A stretch of DNA of 64,000 nucleotides from Lingula anatina. Its lineage: Eukaryota; Animalia; Brachiopoda. The DNA is taken from the NCBI GenBank assembly GCA_051362555.1, contig CM120647.1, positions 7,192,001 through 7,256,000 on the forward strand. Reading direction: 5' to 3'. The notes below the pieces were generated by a model. It had not been told where the DNA came from, did not search any database, and saw only the letters and a program-made list of their open reading frames with translations. The position numbers were made by a program, and so were the translations under genes. Positions 1-14,758 of the stretch are shown here, in pieces. Position 1 is the stretch's first letter, and every line of letters begins with the position of its first letter.

Positions 1-214
1 GCGATGTTTTTGGTCGAATATAATGAAAAGCAATGTAAAATTTTGATTAAATGTGATTTTGCAGTTAAACGGCAAATAACACTTTTTAATTCAAATGTAT
101 GTTTTTGGAATGTTCTTATGATTCTCATCAAAACTAATAATGATTTATGTAAGTAGCCCTGGGACACAGGTTTAACGTGATTTTTGAGATATAAATTACA
201 CTGAAAAATTTCAG

Positions 215-3200
215 ACAAATTAAACTGTGCCGGTACAGAAAGTCGACTGGATGCCTGCACTCATGGATGGATAGGATACCCAAGTTCATCGTCCTGCTCG
301 AAAAACTCGGCCGTGGACGCTGGAGTTGCCTGTGAAGCGCGTGAGCATAAGAGCGCATTCAGAACAGCGGACTAACAGATCTGCAGATTAAATATGGCCG
401 GCCTACTTGAATGCTTGTTGCCTTATCCTGGCAGGGTATCTATTTAGCGTCTAATCGGGAATTAAGCGGCATATTTGATCCGCATATCTGTTGGTCCTGG
501 GATGCCCTTGGAGCCCTGAACGGGTTTCAGGATTTTGCTTAAGGCCCTAGCTGCCACACTATAGCGTATAACTATAAGGCTCTGTCACACTATAGCGTTC
601 AGAGGTCCGCACGAGTAAATCGTGTCCAACAGTACTGTAAATTGTGTTATTCCCACATTGTTCAACGTAAGAAATCGGCCATTATCCAGCATATCGAAAA
701 TAACGTAGAAGCAGTGCACAGATAGCGTATTGATAGTTTTTAACACCATATATCTTGTGTTTGCATGACGTATATCAACGTAACTGTAGCGTATATCAAG
801 CAGCGGATGAGTACCGTATACCAGCGTTTATTTGGTTTATATATCAGTCATTCTTTGCTAGTGGTGCACTGCGGGGAAACCATAACAGGAATGTAATTTA
901 AATTTAGATAGCCGACCAAATTCTCATGACATCGTTGTGTATGTTTCAATAACAAATCAAAGAAGCTGCATGAGCAAGGAGGATGTTGTTATAAAAGCAA
1001 AAAAAGAGAAAAAGCAGAAAATATATCGAAATTACCCTCAAAATGGCGTCCTTTTTTGTGGAATTTCGACCCTACCTCTATTTAGGAACAGTTTGTTTAG
1101 GGTTTGAATGAATTATTGAAGCAGGGAATACACCTACTGCAAGAAGATATAATAAACAGAATGTGCAAATGGTTATTTCAATAAAAATTTATTTGAAGTC
1201 ACTGAAAAATGATCACAAAATTAGCTTAACTTACGATACATGCGGTGTCCCACCCCGATGAAAATTTCATCTAATCCTATCTTTCCGTATTAAAACTGTT
1301 CAATCGTCCAAAGTAGTATGTCGGTTAGTTTGTGTCACGAAATCCATGATAATATCAGTTTTCTTAAGAATTTCACATTTATTGCTCAGCAAGGTCGATT
1401 TTTCTTCACCGCGTACCAATGTAACGTTCGCAACGCTGAAACTTCAGAGATCGATTCTTATCAGACGACTTTAAAATGCCGCGTGAAAATTATACATCGA
1501 TAGCGATCTTCTTCCATACTCACTAACTGATGACGTCTTACACACGAATGGCTTCTTTTGCACACTAAAAAAAACAGCTCAAACTGGCGGGTGGCCCATT
1601 CTGATAACATGTCACGCAATGACGCTGTCGAGATAGGATGCAGGGCACAGGTGTAATTCCCTCGATTTAACCGTCACAGGATTGTTTATTGGGATCTTCT
1701 TTGTATGAAGGTGAGAAATAATGAGTTTCGTTTCATTTTTCTTCAATTGTTTCAACATATTTGTGTACCGATTGATTTTTACCATTCTATAAGTAGGGTG
1801 ACTTCGTCTGAACTTTCGTTTTGCGTCTGTGTCACATGGGGGACTAAAGGTCGGGGTCTGCCATATAGATAAACGTCCCAATAAAATATTCGCCCCGATA
1901 GATACGTCTCTATACATACACGTCTCAATAGATTTACGTCTCGTTAAATTTACGTTCCGATAGATCCACCAACAGATTCCTATAAACCCACGTATCTTTA
2001 GATCCAGGTACCGCTAGATCCATCTATCTGACATCGTAATCGGCTAAATGGGCCATATCAACTTGCGTTGTGAAATTTAGAACACATTTTATGTTCTTTT
2101 TTGTTTTGTTTTGTTTAGAACACATTTACATGTAAATTCAGAACACTTTTTACGTGTTCGAATGTTGCATTTTGAGAACGCTTTAAACAGTGTTCTGACG
2201 CTAGAACAGTAATTAAGCGTTGTGAAATATAGAACACACTTTTGTTCTTTTTATGATCTTTCACTGAGTATTGTGTGAAAACGATCTAGTAGAATAATAT
2301 ATTGCTGACTGCGTACTGCCGTTTTAAAGAAGTGCATTTTATGTACTGAGTAGTATACCAACCATTTCGAGCAATAGTGTACCTGTAATGGATCTATCGG
2401 TATTTGGATCTAAAAATACGTGGATCTATAGGTGTGCGGATTTAAATGACGTGGGTTTATGAGGACGTCATATCTATAGGAACGCAAATATATAGGACAG
2501 CAGAAAAAATTCGGATCTATCGGTATTTAAATCTAAAAAGACGTTTTTTCCGTTTTTCCTTTATGTATCTATCGGCAACGGGAGTATAGGGACGTGTAAT
2601 ATTTTGGGACTAAATTTTATCTGTACGTACCCTAAAGGTCATATTGAACATGATGACGCGGTGATACCGTATTAATGTTCTCTTGTTCTCGAAAACTGAA
2701 TCATCGAAATTGAATTACTTTTTTTAGTTTTTTCTTAAATTAAGCTGCTACGCTGTATTCCGTGCGTTTAAAAATTAACCGTCTGTAAAAACAGCAATAA
2801 TGGATTACTAGCAACACTTACGTTACGCAATGAAGCACCGAAAATGGGTGAAGAAAATGTGTCTCAGTAATGCGTGTTTGCCACTCATAATGCACTGTAC
2901 TTTCTTTGAATAAGCAATAAACTATTTGTGATCTTAGGTTATCCATTGTTCGTTATCAGAGTTAACAGATTCTTTGTGTGATTTTTTTTTCAGAATCCCA
3001 AGAGTGAATGCCTTAGTGAGCACAGAACAGATATCACCATTGGTCCACATATGTCAGGAAGAATGTTATAATTATGAACTTTGTGTTACACTGAACTTCA
3101 TTTTGTTAAATTTTGCATTTAACTGAACTTTATTGTGTTAAAATAATAAAAAAAATAATAATAATTCAGATAAAAAACTACAATCTGGAACATTCTTTAG

Positions 3201-6200
3201 ATCAACTTTGTTCAGTGTGTGTCCCATGTGACAGAGTTACAGTAAATAAAATATGTGCATTATTCCTCTGTGTTTGTCAATTCCATTTTAAAAGCATGTG
3301 AAAGTGGTGTGCCCCTCATGATTGAAGTGTGTATGGATAATAGCAAAAATATTGTTATTATTTACATGATTATGAAAATTTTTTGTACCCGCGTCAATAA
3401 CGTTACCATTACCCACATATTCACCATTTTTATTAATTATGAAATGTGGATTAAATTCTTCAAACCCAGTTTTGAAGCATTGAGACAACACCCCCTTATG
3501 ATTTAAACTAAAACTGAAAACATTCCATTAGACTTTCATTAGTTTGTGCAAAATATATTACCCAGGGTTACGCGTCTTGGATTTGGTGGGTATAGCTGTT
3601 CAACTCTCCTGTGTGCCCTAAAAAGGGCAGCTGCTGTTTCCCTTTTTATGAAATGATAAACTGTGATGGTGTAGCTATCACATCGCAAAATTACAGCTTC
3701 CCAGAGAAAGTTTGAAATTTTTGGTCAAATTCAACATTTTGTAACCACTAGCAAAGAATGACAGATATACAGGGTGGTCCAAAAGATGCTTCAACTACTA
3801 ACCTGTGCTCTCAAAATTATAGCGTAAACGAGGAAAAAAATGACGCTTAACAAAACACCCACGTCTGTAAGACAGGTCTATTAAAATGATGTTTGGTTTC
3901 TCTGTTTGTGAAAATTGTTAATTTTCAAAAATTGAAACATCTTTTGGAACACCCTACATAAGCGTTTGTTGTGCGCATATGAATGCCTGAGTTCCGTGTA
4001 CTCTGTATAAATTATTAATTTGAGCGTATGGGTAGCATGTTTCTGTTTTGATGATTATTATTAACTACACTAAATCAGATCCAGCTGGTTTAGAAAATAT
4101 GTACCCCCATCCTCTTTATCTGGAACAGTTGAAAAGCACGCAAAGTAAAAGATAATTAGCACAATCCTAAATCGATGTCTACATATATGTGGAATTCAAA
4201 AAGATTTTTGTTGAATTCCCTTCTGTGTAAGATAGGCATTGCCATCAAGTCTTTTACATTTATAGCTGACGATGGTCAACTTCGTCTGGTGGACGGTAAC
4301 GGCTACAACAGCGGCCGTGTGGAGATCAAGTTTGCCGGTATATGGAGGCGCATCTGTGACAATGGATGGGGAAGCAACGACGCAGCAGTTGTCTGCCGAC
4401 AGTTGGGTTATAGCGGATATGTTAGAGCAGAGAGAGGTTAGGCCGAAGATCGCCCTTTTCTGTTTAATCCAATGTTTTCTACCAATTCTGATTCGTTTTA
4501 ATAACTCACTTAACAAATAGCCAAAATCCAGTTAAAGTTCACCCTTCGGATATGTCCTAATGTCATTTCGACATCAGGTTGATTCATTTGAGGGATTTTA
4601 TCTGTTTAAATTCACAAAGGTTGTGATATTTTCATGTTGGTTTTCAAGCACTTTGCCTACATGTACGTTATTTTATGACAAGCAAGAACTTAACGAGGTT
4701 GCTACGTCAAGGTAGTTGAGTATGAGCGTATGGGTTGTAACCCCATTTGATAGATTGAGTTAGAGGTGAGATGTGAATGAAGAGGACATCGGCCAACACT
4801 TCAAACATTGTGCCTCACAAGAAGGAACACACTCTTGGCTTCTTTTGAAAATTTTAGTGTCTTATAGTCTCAACAATTTGTTGTTTTGGCATTTCAGGTT
4901 GGAACCCCAAGGGGAGTGGGTCTTATTGGCTGCAAAATGTTGGCTGTCTGGGAACAGAGAGCAACCTTACAGACTGCACTAACGATGGAATTGCGGTAAC
5001 CACGGGTTATGCGTGTCGTCGAGATAGATATGATGACGCTGGGGTCTATTGCCAGGGATACTTACGTGAGTATACACGTATGTCTTTTTGTTGGTCGACA
5101 GGTCCGTTTTTTATCTGCTTCTCATCTCTTTTTGGGATTCGTCTGTCTGTATAACAGCTTGTCTGTGCACCATTATCTCCTGTTGGGCTATCAGGACGTG
5201 GAAATGGTGGGTGGGTTAGGTCGATAATCCGGGCATTTTGTCTTTTTTGAACAATGTGCACATCTAGTAACAACATATATTGTTTTTTTTCGTCCCATTT
5301 AGGCCATTGAAATTTAACAGAGGTGCTGAGCTTACTAATTCCCCGACTGAGTGAACCATTTGATGGTCAATTAAATTGAGATCAATGCAGTTTATCATAC
5401 GATTCCATTTTATTTTAATATTGTGTGAGATGCGTTTAATGCCATTATGACGTATTTCAAAACGGTTTGAAAACTTAAAATCAAGATTTAAACAATTGAT
5501 ATTTTTCCTCTATCTTCTCACCAGCGGGTGTTACTCCAACAAGTACAACCACCACAACACCACACACAGGGGCCACAAGAACCACTGTTGCAGTAAGTCG
5601 TATCTATTGCTTTCATTTTTTTTTTTCGTTCATTTTCACTCAGAATAAATTTACTTTGTTGTTTGTAAATTTGCATTCGTGTTTTCAACGACGTCAACGT
5701 TGTCTGTAAACGAGTGAAGCATCGGTAATGTGTACCCTGGGCGCCTTCTCTTAAATCAAAAAATGTATTAGTAGCAGCGCCGAACATACATACACATAGG
5801 ATTTATATGCAATTCGATAAATAGATTATATTGCCAATAACTTTTAAACGAACTGAATTTTTGTCAGCATAGACAGAATGTCGTCTGTTTACATGCCCAT
5901 GTCATCAGAGGGTAGAAAGGTGATTGGCTGGTGAGATATATATTTTACATCACAATCTACTGAATAAATAACTTTTAGTGTACACTTAACTATATGGTTT
6001 TTTAGTTTCAGAGCGGACCTAGATGTTATTCTTGCTCAGACACCTCCTCGTGTGGCAAATCGCAAACTTATAACACCTACCTTACGTGTTCTTATGGATA
6101 CGTGTGCCACGTGAGTCTCTTTCTCCCATTTGTACGTGCACACACACGAGTACAGCGCAAGCACCCACACTCACGCACGCGATTTAACACGCATGTACAC

Positions 6201-7124
6201 ACAAGAGTAAGGACACACTTGCAAAAACACACACTAGACCAGATTTAAACACAAATCATTTTGGCGCCAACCATAACGGCATGTGACTGATATGGACAAG
6301 TTTTATAACACCTTTGTTTAACCTGTAGCAGTCGGTATCCTCATAGTGCATTGATTAAAAACTATAGTCCAATACCTATCGTTTCATTGCCTTAAAGAAT
6401 CATAGGGCCATACATTTTTCACTTTGCACGAAGATAAACAGTGAAGGAATGCCCAAAATGAATTCGGAAAACGGAATATGCGCCAACATATTGATACAGT
6501 AATCGCAATTGTATTATGTCGAAATATCAAAACAAATGGACTTGCCGTTCGACCCTTTAAACCAATTAAATTAACGGAAAGGGGTCACGTGACCTTCCCA
6601 ACAGGTCTCGCAATGTAAACAAACCAGCATGGTTTAATAATGAAGGTTCAGAGAAAGGAGACGTGGAATCTTGGACCACTTCATAACTTTCTTGTTGTTT
6701 ACATGTAGTACGTACGGTTGCTTAGAGACAATGTAGATAACATCACACGTATTCTTTGTTAAACGTTTAGAATTGCAGCTAAATAATGGATGAAATTTGG
6801 AGGTAGAGAAGTCGCTGCTGTTCGGTCGATTTGCGCAGAGTTAGAACTTCGACAACTTGGAGCCCACGATGTCACCGACTTTTCACTCTACAGGATGATA
6901 ATGAACAAGCGACAAGCGTCATCTCAGGCAGCAAAGAAGTATGAGAAAGTTGAGAAACAAGGCAGTCCTGCTGAAGAAGGTAAGTCAATTAACTTATTGC
7001 AATATGTTTTTAAGTGAGCCCCGATCGTGTGATGTGTACATTGTGCTTGGCTGATGTTACATGTACATGTAAAAATAGTAAATAAAGGATGAATGATAAA
7101 GACGATGATAAAATAGTCAAACGG

Positions 7125-7168
<44 letters not shown>

Positions 7169-7500
7169 CGTTAAATTTGTAAATACTTTACGGTTTAATA
7201 TTTGAAAAAAAGAGTTCTGTATAACATATATGATTTAGGCCTGATAAGCTGGGCAGCTTGAAAATGATTTACATGCCATGTTAATCAGCTTAGTTAGCCA
7301 CCCCATTCCATTGAGAGATCTCTTATATAAAGATGTATAGGCTAACCACAACTTAATTGACAATGCATTTCAGGGAATATTTCTTATGGGACAGAATGAG
7401 TAGGCTATCTCTTTACAAAAAAACATCTGCAGTGTGATGAAAATAATTAGGACTTTTAGGATTTTCCCTTGTAAGTTTTTTATAAGATGCTATTACACGT

Positions 7501-7597
<97 letters not shown>

Positions 7598-9269
7598 AAT
7601 ACATAAATTGTATAATAACGAAATTCGTAAATAGTATCAATTAGGGCCAAAAGTGATTTGGATGACTGGATGCAGTCCAGTTAAGAAATAAGAAGGGTTC
7701 CTTTCTATTCAAAGCTTTTTAATATAAACCTGGGCAGTAAAATGGTAGTTGGCTCCCTTTAACAAATAAGCTTTGTAAGCTTGATGATTTGTCTTTGTTG
7801 CAACAAGTATTACATTGGGTTTCCATGCCAAGATCAATCCATCTTGATCAGTCTATCTTGCTATCAACCTAACCAGCTTTAATGTCTGTCACGCCTACTG
7901 AATCAGCTATGGTAAAGATAAATACCCCCTGACAGCTTTTCTAAGCGTGAAAGACATTTACGTCGGTTAAGTTGATAGCAATTCAGTGAGACTCCCCAGG
8001 GAGATAGATAGATCCTAATATCTGTGAGAATGGTCCCTTAGTCAGCGAGTCTCATTTGCTTACAGTTTGTTATAGCTTCTCCCCTCATAGTAAGAACATA
8101 ATAAGACACTCTTATGTTGAATCCTATACCTACCCTATTATATGGCCTTTCTTAAAATCATGAGGATATATGTAATTAGCTGTTCATATCACTCAGTGTC
8201 AACGATGTGATATACTCACTTGCTGTATGTTTGTAACTTAGTGGTCTGCCCTGTATTTGCTGAATCATTTGTGTAACCAGGTGTATCTATGAGTATCTAT
8301 TTTGAAATAAGTATTCTCTGCTATTTATTTGTACAAATGTTAGCTACATTTTGAGCATTTTACAATTTTATATATCCTTTTAATACCCACTTGGATGAAG
8401 TTGTTTCTATAGTAGTCTGTATATGTCATGTTAATATACTTGTACAAGGGATGAAAAATTACAATTTCATTTTGCTTCTTTTACAGATCGATCAACCAGT
8501 AGTGTGTCCATACCCTAAGAGGTTGAGATCAGTGTCAGGGCTTGGCATATCAAAACTGACAATGCTTCTAACCATGTGCCATGCAGTGCTTTTTTTATGA
8601 AAGGAAAGAGAAAGGCTTTTGATATATACATGTATTATGGCAACGTGCCTTTATAGAGGCTGTCTCCAGTCTTGGGGCAGCCTTCGAAGTTGCAGAAATA
8701 ATATCAAGAGTGCACGGAATGATTTTTCTGTTACCCCTATAGCCCAAAGGAAGTAGTGGTGTCAAAAAGGTCAGGTAAAGTATGTTGCTTGTCAACCACC
8801 AGTGATCAGAGCATGCTTCCTACCCGAGATGCTCTGATTTTGCATATTTAAGGATAAAATTATCAAACAAAAATCCACAGACCTGCTACTGAGCAGTGCA
8901 TTGAAGCACCACATCCCAATGGAGATGGTGGCAAATCAAAAACAATGATATTGAAATTAAGTGAATGACACATGACCCAGCCCCTGAAAGTATTTTGCTA
9001 TGTGTAGAACTTGCCATGCACTGATGTTTGTGGTTTGAAAAATTGCACAAACAAAACTGAAAGGGAGCCGGTTGCTAGTGGATCAGAAGATGGAAATGAC
9101 ACTGAATCTTATTCTTATTTGTAAATGATATTCATAAGTAACACAGAAAGTTATATTTTCACAGGTGTAATAATGAAGTTGGAAAAAATGTATTGTATTT
9201 GTATGTATTGTATACATATGGGTTTATTATCACGATTATTTAAATGCTATTATTTGCTGAAGGGCACAA

Positions 9270-9342
<73 letters not shown>

Positions 9343-11106
9343 ATGGAAAAGAGGGTGTTTGACACATTAGCTTATATATTGTTAGGTAGTAACCTAGCAA
9401 GTTTTAGGTCTTAACATTAAAAAACATTGAGGCCTTGCTGAGTGTTGGCTGAATTTTCTTTTAACGTGCTGTTGTTACTGGACAATGGTGCAATTAATTA
9501 CAATAAACATACCTCTTTGGAATTATACTTCTGCTATTAAAGATATATTTGAATATAAAAACTTTTATGATTCTACAATGTTGTGCAAGGACTTGCATAT
9601 TTTAGAAATAATTTTACTGCGTGCAGCTTTATAAACAGTTAGACAACCTCTAAAATGCATAGCTTGCAAACCCCTATGCATGGATTTACAGTATATTATA
9701 TACATCTACTGAGTATATGAAATGTGGATTCAACTAATATTCATAGTGATAGTGATTTTATGTACTGTACTTTGACACATCTGAAAATTTAACTGCATTT
9801 AATCTAACAACACAGATATTGCACGATCACAATATAGTGTAGTAGCGTGACCTTGTGCGATTGAACTAAAAGTGGTACGGTACACACGGGCTGTACAGCA
9901 TATATTTTTTTCGTGAATTCATGTCATCATTTAGCAAAGTACATAAATACACATATTTCTCCAACAGCTTTAACTTTTCTTTCAATATTGACATCCATTT
10001 TAAAGAGCTAGACCTTTTTTATTGAAACTATGCGTGGGAATCCTCTATAAAATCGGCAAGCTTCGCGTGGAAATTCATTTTTTCAGATGTGGGTCAAGCG
10101 ATCACGTGACCCCCTTTCCGCTGCTTTGATTGGTTTAAAGCGTCAAATGGCAGGGTTATTCATTTTAATATTTCGACATTATACAATCGCGATTATCTAT
10201 ATGTTGGCGCATCATTCGTTTTCCGAATTTATTGTGGGCATTCCTTAACTGTTTATCTACGTGCACAGTGAGATACAATACAATACAATACAATAAATTT
10301 TATTTCGTAGCGGATATTTATCTGGCCCTATGATTCTTTTAAGAAAATAGCTTTTCTAGACGCCTTTACCCCTAACAGGCGGGCGCCTAATTCAGATAAA
10401 ATACCTTCTGCACAGATTTAGTCCACTAAAGGCTATGCACCTCTTCAGGTTTATTCTATTCTTGACGTCGAATTAATGTTTTATGAAAAGACTGTTATTG
10501 CCGTTTTATAAATATATTTCTTCTTCTTACTTTTTTTCTTCTTCTTCGCACAATATTTGTTAAAATTTGTCCAGCCCTTTAGCCGCAAGGGCAAGTCTTA
10601 TGCCTCATAGCCGAATAGCATTGCAGTCCAAATTTGACAATGGCCAGTGAATGTACCAATTTACACTTTCTTATTTCACCAGCATCAAGTTTAATGAAAG
10701 AAAGCTGTGTTCATACCTAAGACAGCATTTATTTTAATGAATGTTTTATGTTTTCCAATAATAATGTTTCGTTGTTATGATATGGGTAAACATATTTTTG
10801 CAGACAACGGCCTCGGCGTATCGCAGTTACGCTCTCGGTTTTGGTTCTTCCACCATTGCATACAGCTACAGTCGCGGGTGTAGAGCCCGGTCATTTTGTA
10901 CCAGCCAAGAATTCCAGGGAAGTACCTGCACGGGAACTGGGACCAGTAGAGTCTGCAGGCAGTGCTGCGCTAGTGACTACTGTAACAGCGATACACTGGA
11001 TACGTCCCAAACCAGCAGAAAGACCACCAATAGAGGATCCAGTTCCCAAAGTGATTGGTCTAACGTCTTCTACGCGATTTTGTTCTTTATCTTTGCTTGG
11101 AATTAA
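215..11106 (+). CDS. SRCR/Ly6-uPAR GPI-anchored protein, paralogue A (3' part only; 5' exons lie left of the window)
   Basis: AG/GT-bounded, phase-compatible exons: 215-340 ([18 protein letters not shown]...DAGVACEA, second half of SRCR4), 4266-4436 (DGQLRLVDG...[19 protein letters not shown]...VCRQLGY), 4898-5065 ([17 protein letters not shown]...DAGVYCQG), 5525-5592 (Thr-rich), 6012-6110 ([11 protein letters not shown]...TCSYGYVCH), 10804-11106 (RGC...CCASDYCN...[14 protein letters not shown]). Each exon is homologous to one in copy B. AATAAA at 11142-11147. Confidence 0.9.
1853..2631. mobile_element. Non-autonomous foldback/Mutator-like element
   Basis: Flanked by the 9-bp direct repeat CTAAAGGTC (1844-1852, 2632-2640). 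GG...CC termini and degenerate inverted arms rich in ATAGAT/ATCTAT motifs. Confidence 0.6.
3770..3956. mobile_element. Tc1/mariner-like MITE
   Basis: TA-CAGGGTGGTCCAAAAGATG at the left and CATCTTTTGGAACACCCTA at the right form terminal inverted repeats. Confidence 0.6.
6396..10338 (+). mobile_element. ~3.9-kb long-TIR DNA transposon with decayed Academ-like (XPG-like nuclease + Cys-rich) coding remnants
   Basis: ~200-bp imperfect TIRs (6396-6594 vs 10099-10338) flanked by TTAA; absent from the matching intron of copy B. Remnant peptides [12 protein letters not shown] (8585-8620), [11 protein letters not shown] (8816-8848), PAPESIL and [14 protein letters not shown] (9011-9052), with stops and frameshifts. 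Confidence 0.7.
7507..7593. repeat. Compound (AT)n(AG)n microsatellite
   Basis: Read directly. Other (AT)n tracts at ~9272-9338, 12127-12185 and 36498-36568. Confidence 0.95.
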
Positions 11107-12124
11107 AGGCATTCACTGCACGCTTTAGACCCTAATGTAATAATAAACCTTTAATTCCCTAGCAGTTTTAAAACTTATACGAAAGTATTATGGTAAACGA
11201 TATTCCAGAGCCATTCACAAAAATGCTTTAAAAACGTTTTTTGGAGCCCAAAGTGTCCAATTTTTTAAAATGATGATCGGCTTTATGGAAAATATATAGA
11301 TCAGATTGTTCTTCATTGGTTTAAAATAGGGTTTACTTTTTATATAAAGGAATAGTTCCTGAATTTTTTATTTATTTATTTATTTACTTATTTATTTATT
11401 TACTTATTTATTTATTTGTGTGTTTGTTCGATGTATAGAGAATGTTTAAAAATGGGATGATAAGAGGTAAATGCAACCCCTTTTTAATTGTATAATTGCT
11501 TACTTTTAAATCAACGATCCATGCCTTCTTGTAAGTAAAATATTGTTTCAGACACCACTAATAAGCAATGTTCTATGGTTAGATCATAAAAAAGTAGTGG
11601 AAGAAATCCTAACTAACAGTCATCTGTATGTTTGCACGTCACAGTCTATTCATTTGTTTATTTATCTGTTAATTTTATCGGTCATATTGGGCAGTGTACG
11701 TCCTCATGAACAATGGCTTTGCTATTGGCGAAATATTTCCATATGGCCAGCACTCTGTCTGTTTACACTCATCCTGTACGCAGTAATTGTGTTATATGCC
11801 AGGTAGGCCTACTGATATACTAATAATAATGATGGCAATGATAACAATAATAATTACAATCTGTGTTGACGACCTGAGCGCCGCCATTGGATGTACGTGA
11901 TGCTTAAGTGAAATTTGACTGCTTGAAGGGCACCATGTACACTGTAGTATAAGTAGTAGAAGTGTAAGGTATGAAAAGTATTGTATTTTATGCACACAGC
12001 AGTACATCACGTATTGTTTTGCCTTCAAGAGAATAATAACCTACAAAAGAGTTATAATATTTTATCACACTTATTCTTTAATTGTATAAAATGAGGTGTA
12101 TGAGTGATTCCATTAATCAATTTG

Positions 12125-12191
<67 letters not shown>

Positions 12192-12335
12192 TTTAGTTTA
12201 AAATGCTTACTGCAATTGAATAATATATACTTGTTCTATAATTATGGAATGTGAGCCTATATATAATCTAGAAAAGTAGGGAAATGGGACTAAATGTAGG
12301 GCTGATTGTAACGGTAATATCCATTGCGAATCCTA

Positions 12336-12618
12336 CCCACACGAAAATTCAGTAGTATCGAAGTAGCAAAGAAGCATTAACGCAGTAGTGGTGTGGAGCA
12401 TATTTGCAGTAGATATGCAGTATAACCTACTGCAATTCCACTCCAAAAAGTACACAGGCTAATACCGAGAGGAGCATTAATGCAGAAGATTAGCAGAATG
12501 ATAGAAGCATGTTTCAAATATACTAATTAGCTCCCAAATCGGAGCAGATTTGAAGCATGTTTGCAGTATGATTGCAGTAGTCTACGGTGCTGGAGTATCT
12601 ACTGTGTTTTCGTGCGGG
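12336..12618 (+). mobile_element. CCC...GGG-ended MITE (family also at 23900-24183)
   Basis: TIR CCCACACGAAAA / TTTTCGTGCGGG. Absent at the matching site in copy B (~43100). Confidence 0.85.
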
Positions 12619-14694
12619 TAGTGTAATTTGCACCAAATCTAAAAGGCAGACAAAGGAAAATAATGTCTTAATATACAGTAGATGTGTCTTGTATTAATTT
12701 TATTGAACATAATCATTGTGAGTATAATATTACTGGAATGGTATGTGTAAGCATCTTTTAGGTCATAACCTTGAATAAAATCGCTTAGGCCAAATTATAG
12801 ATGAATGAAAATAGTCGTCTCGAAAATAGTCATATATTTCAACATTTCGAATTACCAGTTACGTCGCACTTAATACCGGTAACTGCAATCAAAATAATCA
12901 TTTTCATAACGATATTTTAAAAACTCCATCTTCTTCGATTTCACAGCGTCGTGTATTCATGTGTTCCTTTGTCATGCTAAGTTAGTTTTTGCCTCTTTCT
13001 ATGCTCAATCATAGAAGAGAAATTAAAGTTTGCTAGTGTCGTCCCCTTTTATGTGGCTCCTACGTAACTATGCCCAACTGGTACAATGTGCTTTATAGTA
13101 CATGGGTTCATTTCCCTCTTTATCTAAGCTTACAGCCTACTAGATTTAGACAGCTGATTTCGTTAAGCCGATTTTACAGTATAGGGCTAAGAGCCTTTTA
13201 AGAATGACAGCCCCACAGTACAGGTAGTATAAACGTATTTGACATACCCACATTAACACTGTCACCATACGCGGAATGTATATATCGGTCTCAATATCAG
13301 TGTAATAACAATTTGCTCAAGATGTGAAGTTAAACAACGGTTAAGACGTCCTTTTTGTAAATTGCACACCAGTAGGCTATAGGTCTTTGTAGGACGGGGT
13401 TTCTTTCCCAAAAAGCTACTACAAACTAGTGAAATAGATTCCTGTCCACTACTAGATATAACATTTTGTTAATTGGGGATGGGGTGGGGTGGTGAAATAG
13501 CCACTTCCTTGACTTACTTAAAGTACCTAAACGGTGGACCAGGGCATTTCTACTATAAAAAAATGGGTAGAGGGGCGCATAATCGCAAAAATTTGGACCT
13601 TTTCACTTTTCCCCCCATTTCTTTTTCTAAGGGAGCATATCAATATATCATAAAATCTTAAGGGGGGTCACGTGACCCACTGCACATCCCATCTTTGGTG
13701 TCGCCATTGCTGCCACGCCCAAGATACGACCGACCCAAGCTCAACTGAAGCCGTAATCCACCCACACAACTCTATAACATGACCATACCGTAATTTATCC
13801 GTTTAAATCAGACTGCTACTTATGCGCAATATTTCCTATACTTAAGAACCAGTGCACTAAAAGTCCATTGTGATCAAGTCACGAAGTTCTTGGCCAGTTT
13901 CTAGTTCACCTTGTGCAAGCGGTACCTACTTTGTGTACAATACGCATCGTCGTGTGGGCGTGGGACGAACTTTTCATTTAAGGCGATTTTTACAAGTGCT
14001 GCTTTGAGTAAAGGGTATTTTATATCAATACAAATGTTCTATTGTCGAAGAGCGTTTGATGATGCCCTTAACACAAAATTGTGGCTTTACAGAACAAATA
14101 AAAGTAATGTACATTGCCATCGAGGTCCGAGTGCGTAAGGACGATCGAGACTGACAAAAAGTGATTCTCCTTTTAAATCAAAATTCTGGATTGCTAAAAT
14201 ATATATTTGCATTGCATTGAAGGCATAACTCCGTGTCGCACGACTGAGTACAGAAACTATCGAAACTACACCATAAAAACGACTTTAAGTTGCAACCTTG
14301 ATTACCTGTAATTTGCGACTGAGATCCTGTAACCGAGACGAACTCATCGCAATAATAACACCGATCTTCAGACTCCAAGGATGGTTGGACCTGGGGCGCA
14401 TGTAACAAAGAATTAAAGAAAACATTATTCGCCAGTGAAATAACTGCTATTTACAGCACAAGTCGTGACATACAAGGGTGTAATTTTTTCGAGGAGCAGC
14501 CTCGATATTGGTTATGCTCGTTGACGTGGTGCTCATGACTACTTATTTAAAATTCGCGTCTTGAAATCGTGGCGCGACCTCGATAAAACACGTTACCGTC
14601 TTAACTATTCCTTATATAAATTCAGATAACAGCTTGTTCTTTGGTGGTTTAGATTAGTATATACCTTTTTTATAAGGAAGCGGTTGCTGAATAT

Positions 14695-14729
<35 letters not shown>

Positions 14730-14758
14730 TAATTTCTCTCTGTTATCTGATTCACCTG

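Larger units (their letters stand above)
190..14590 (+). repeat. Segmental tandem duplication, copy A (homologous to ~37330-45090)
   Basis: Colinear similarity of exons, parts of introns, the 3' UTR and ~3 kb of downstream flank (e.g. 13660-13800 vs 44130-44270; 14560-14590 vs 45063-45090), interrupted by copy-specific insertions. Confidence 0.9.

Noticed and set aside
6790-7017. 75-aa ORF as an independent gene or THAP domain
   Set aside because: It lies inside the long-TIR transposon, the upstream frame has stops and the THAP signature is incomplete; at most a decayed TE exon.
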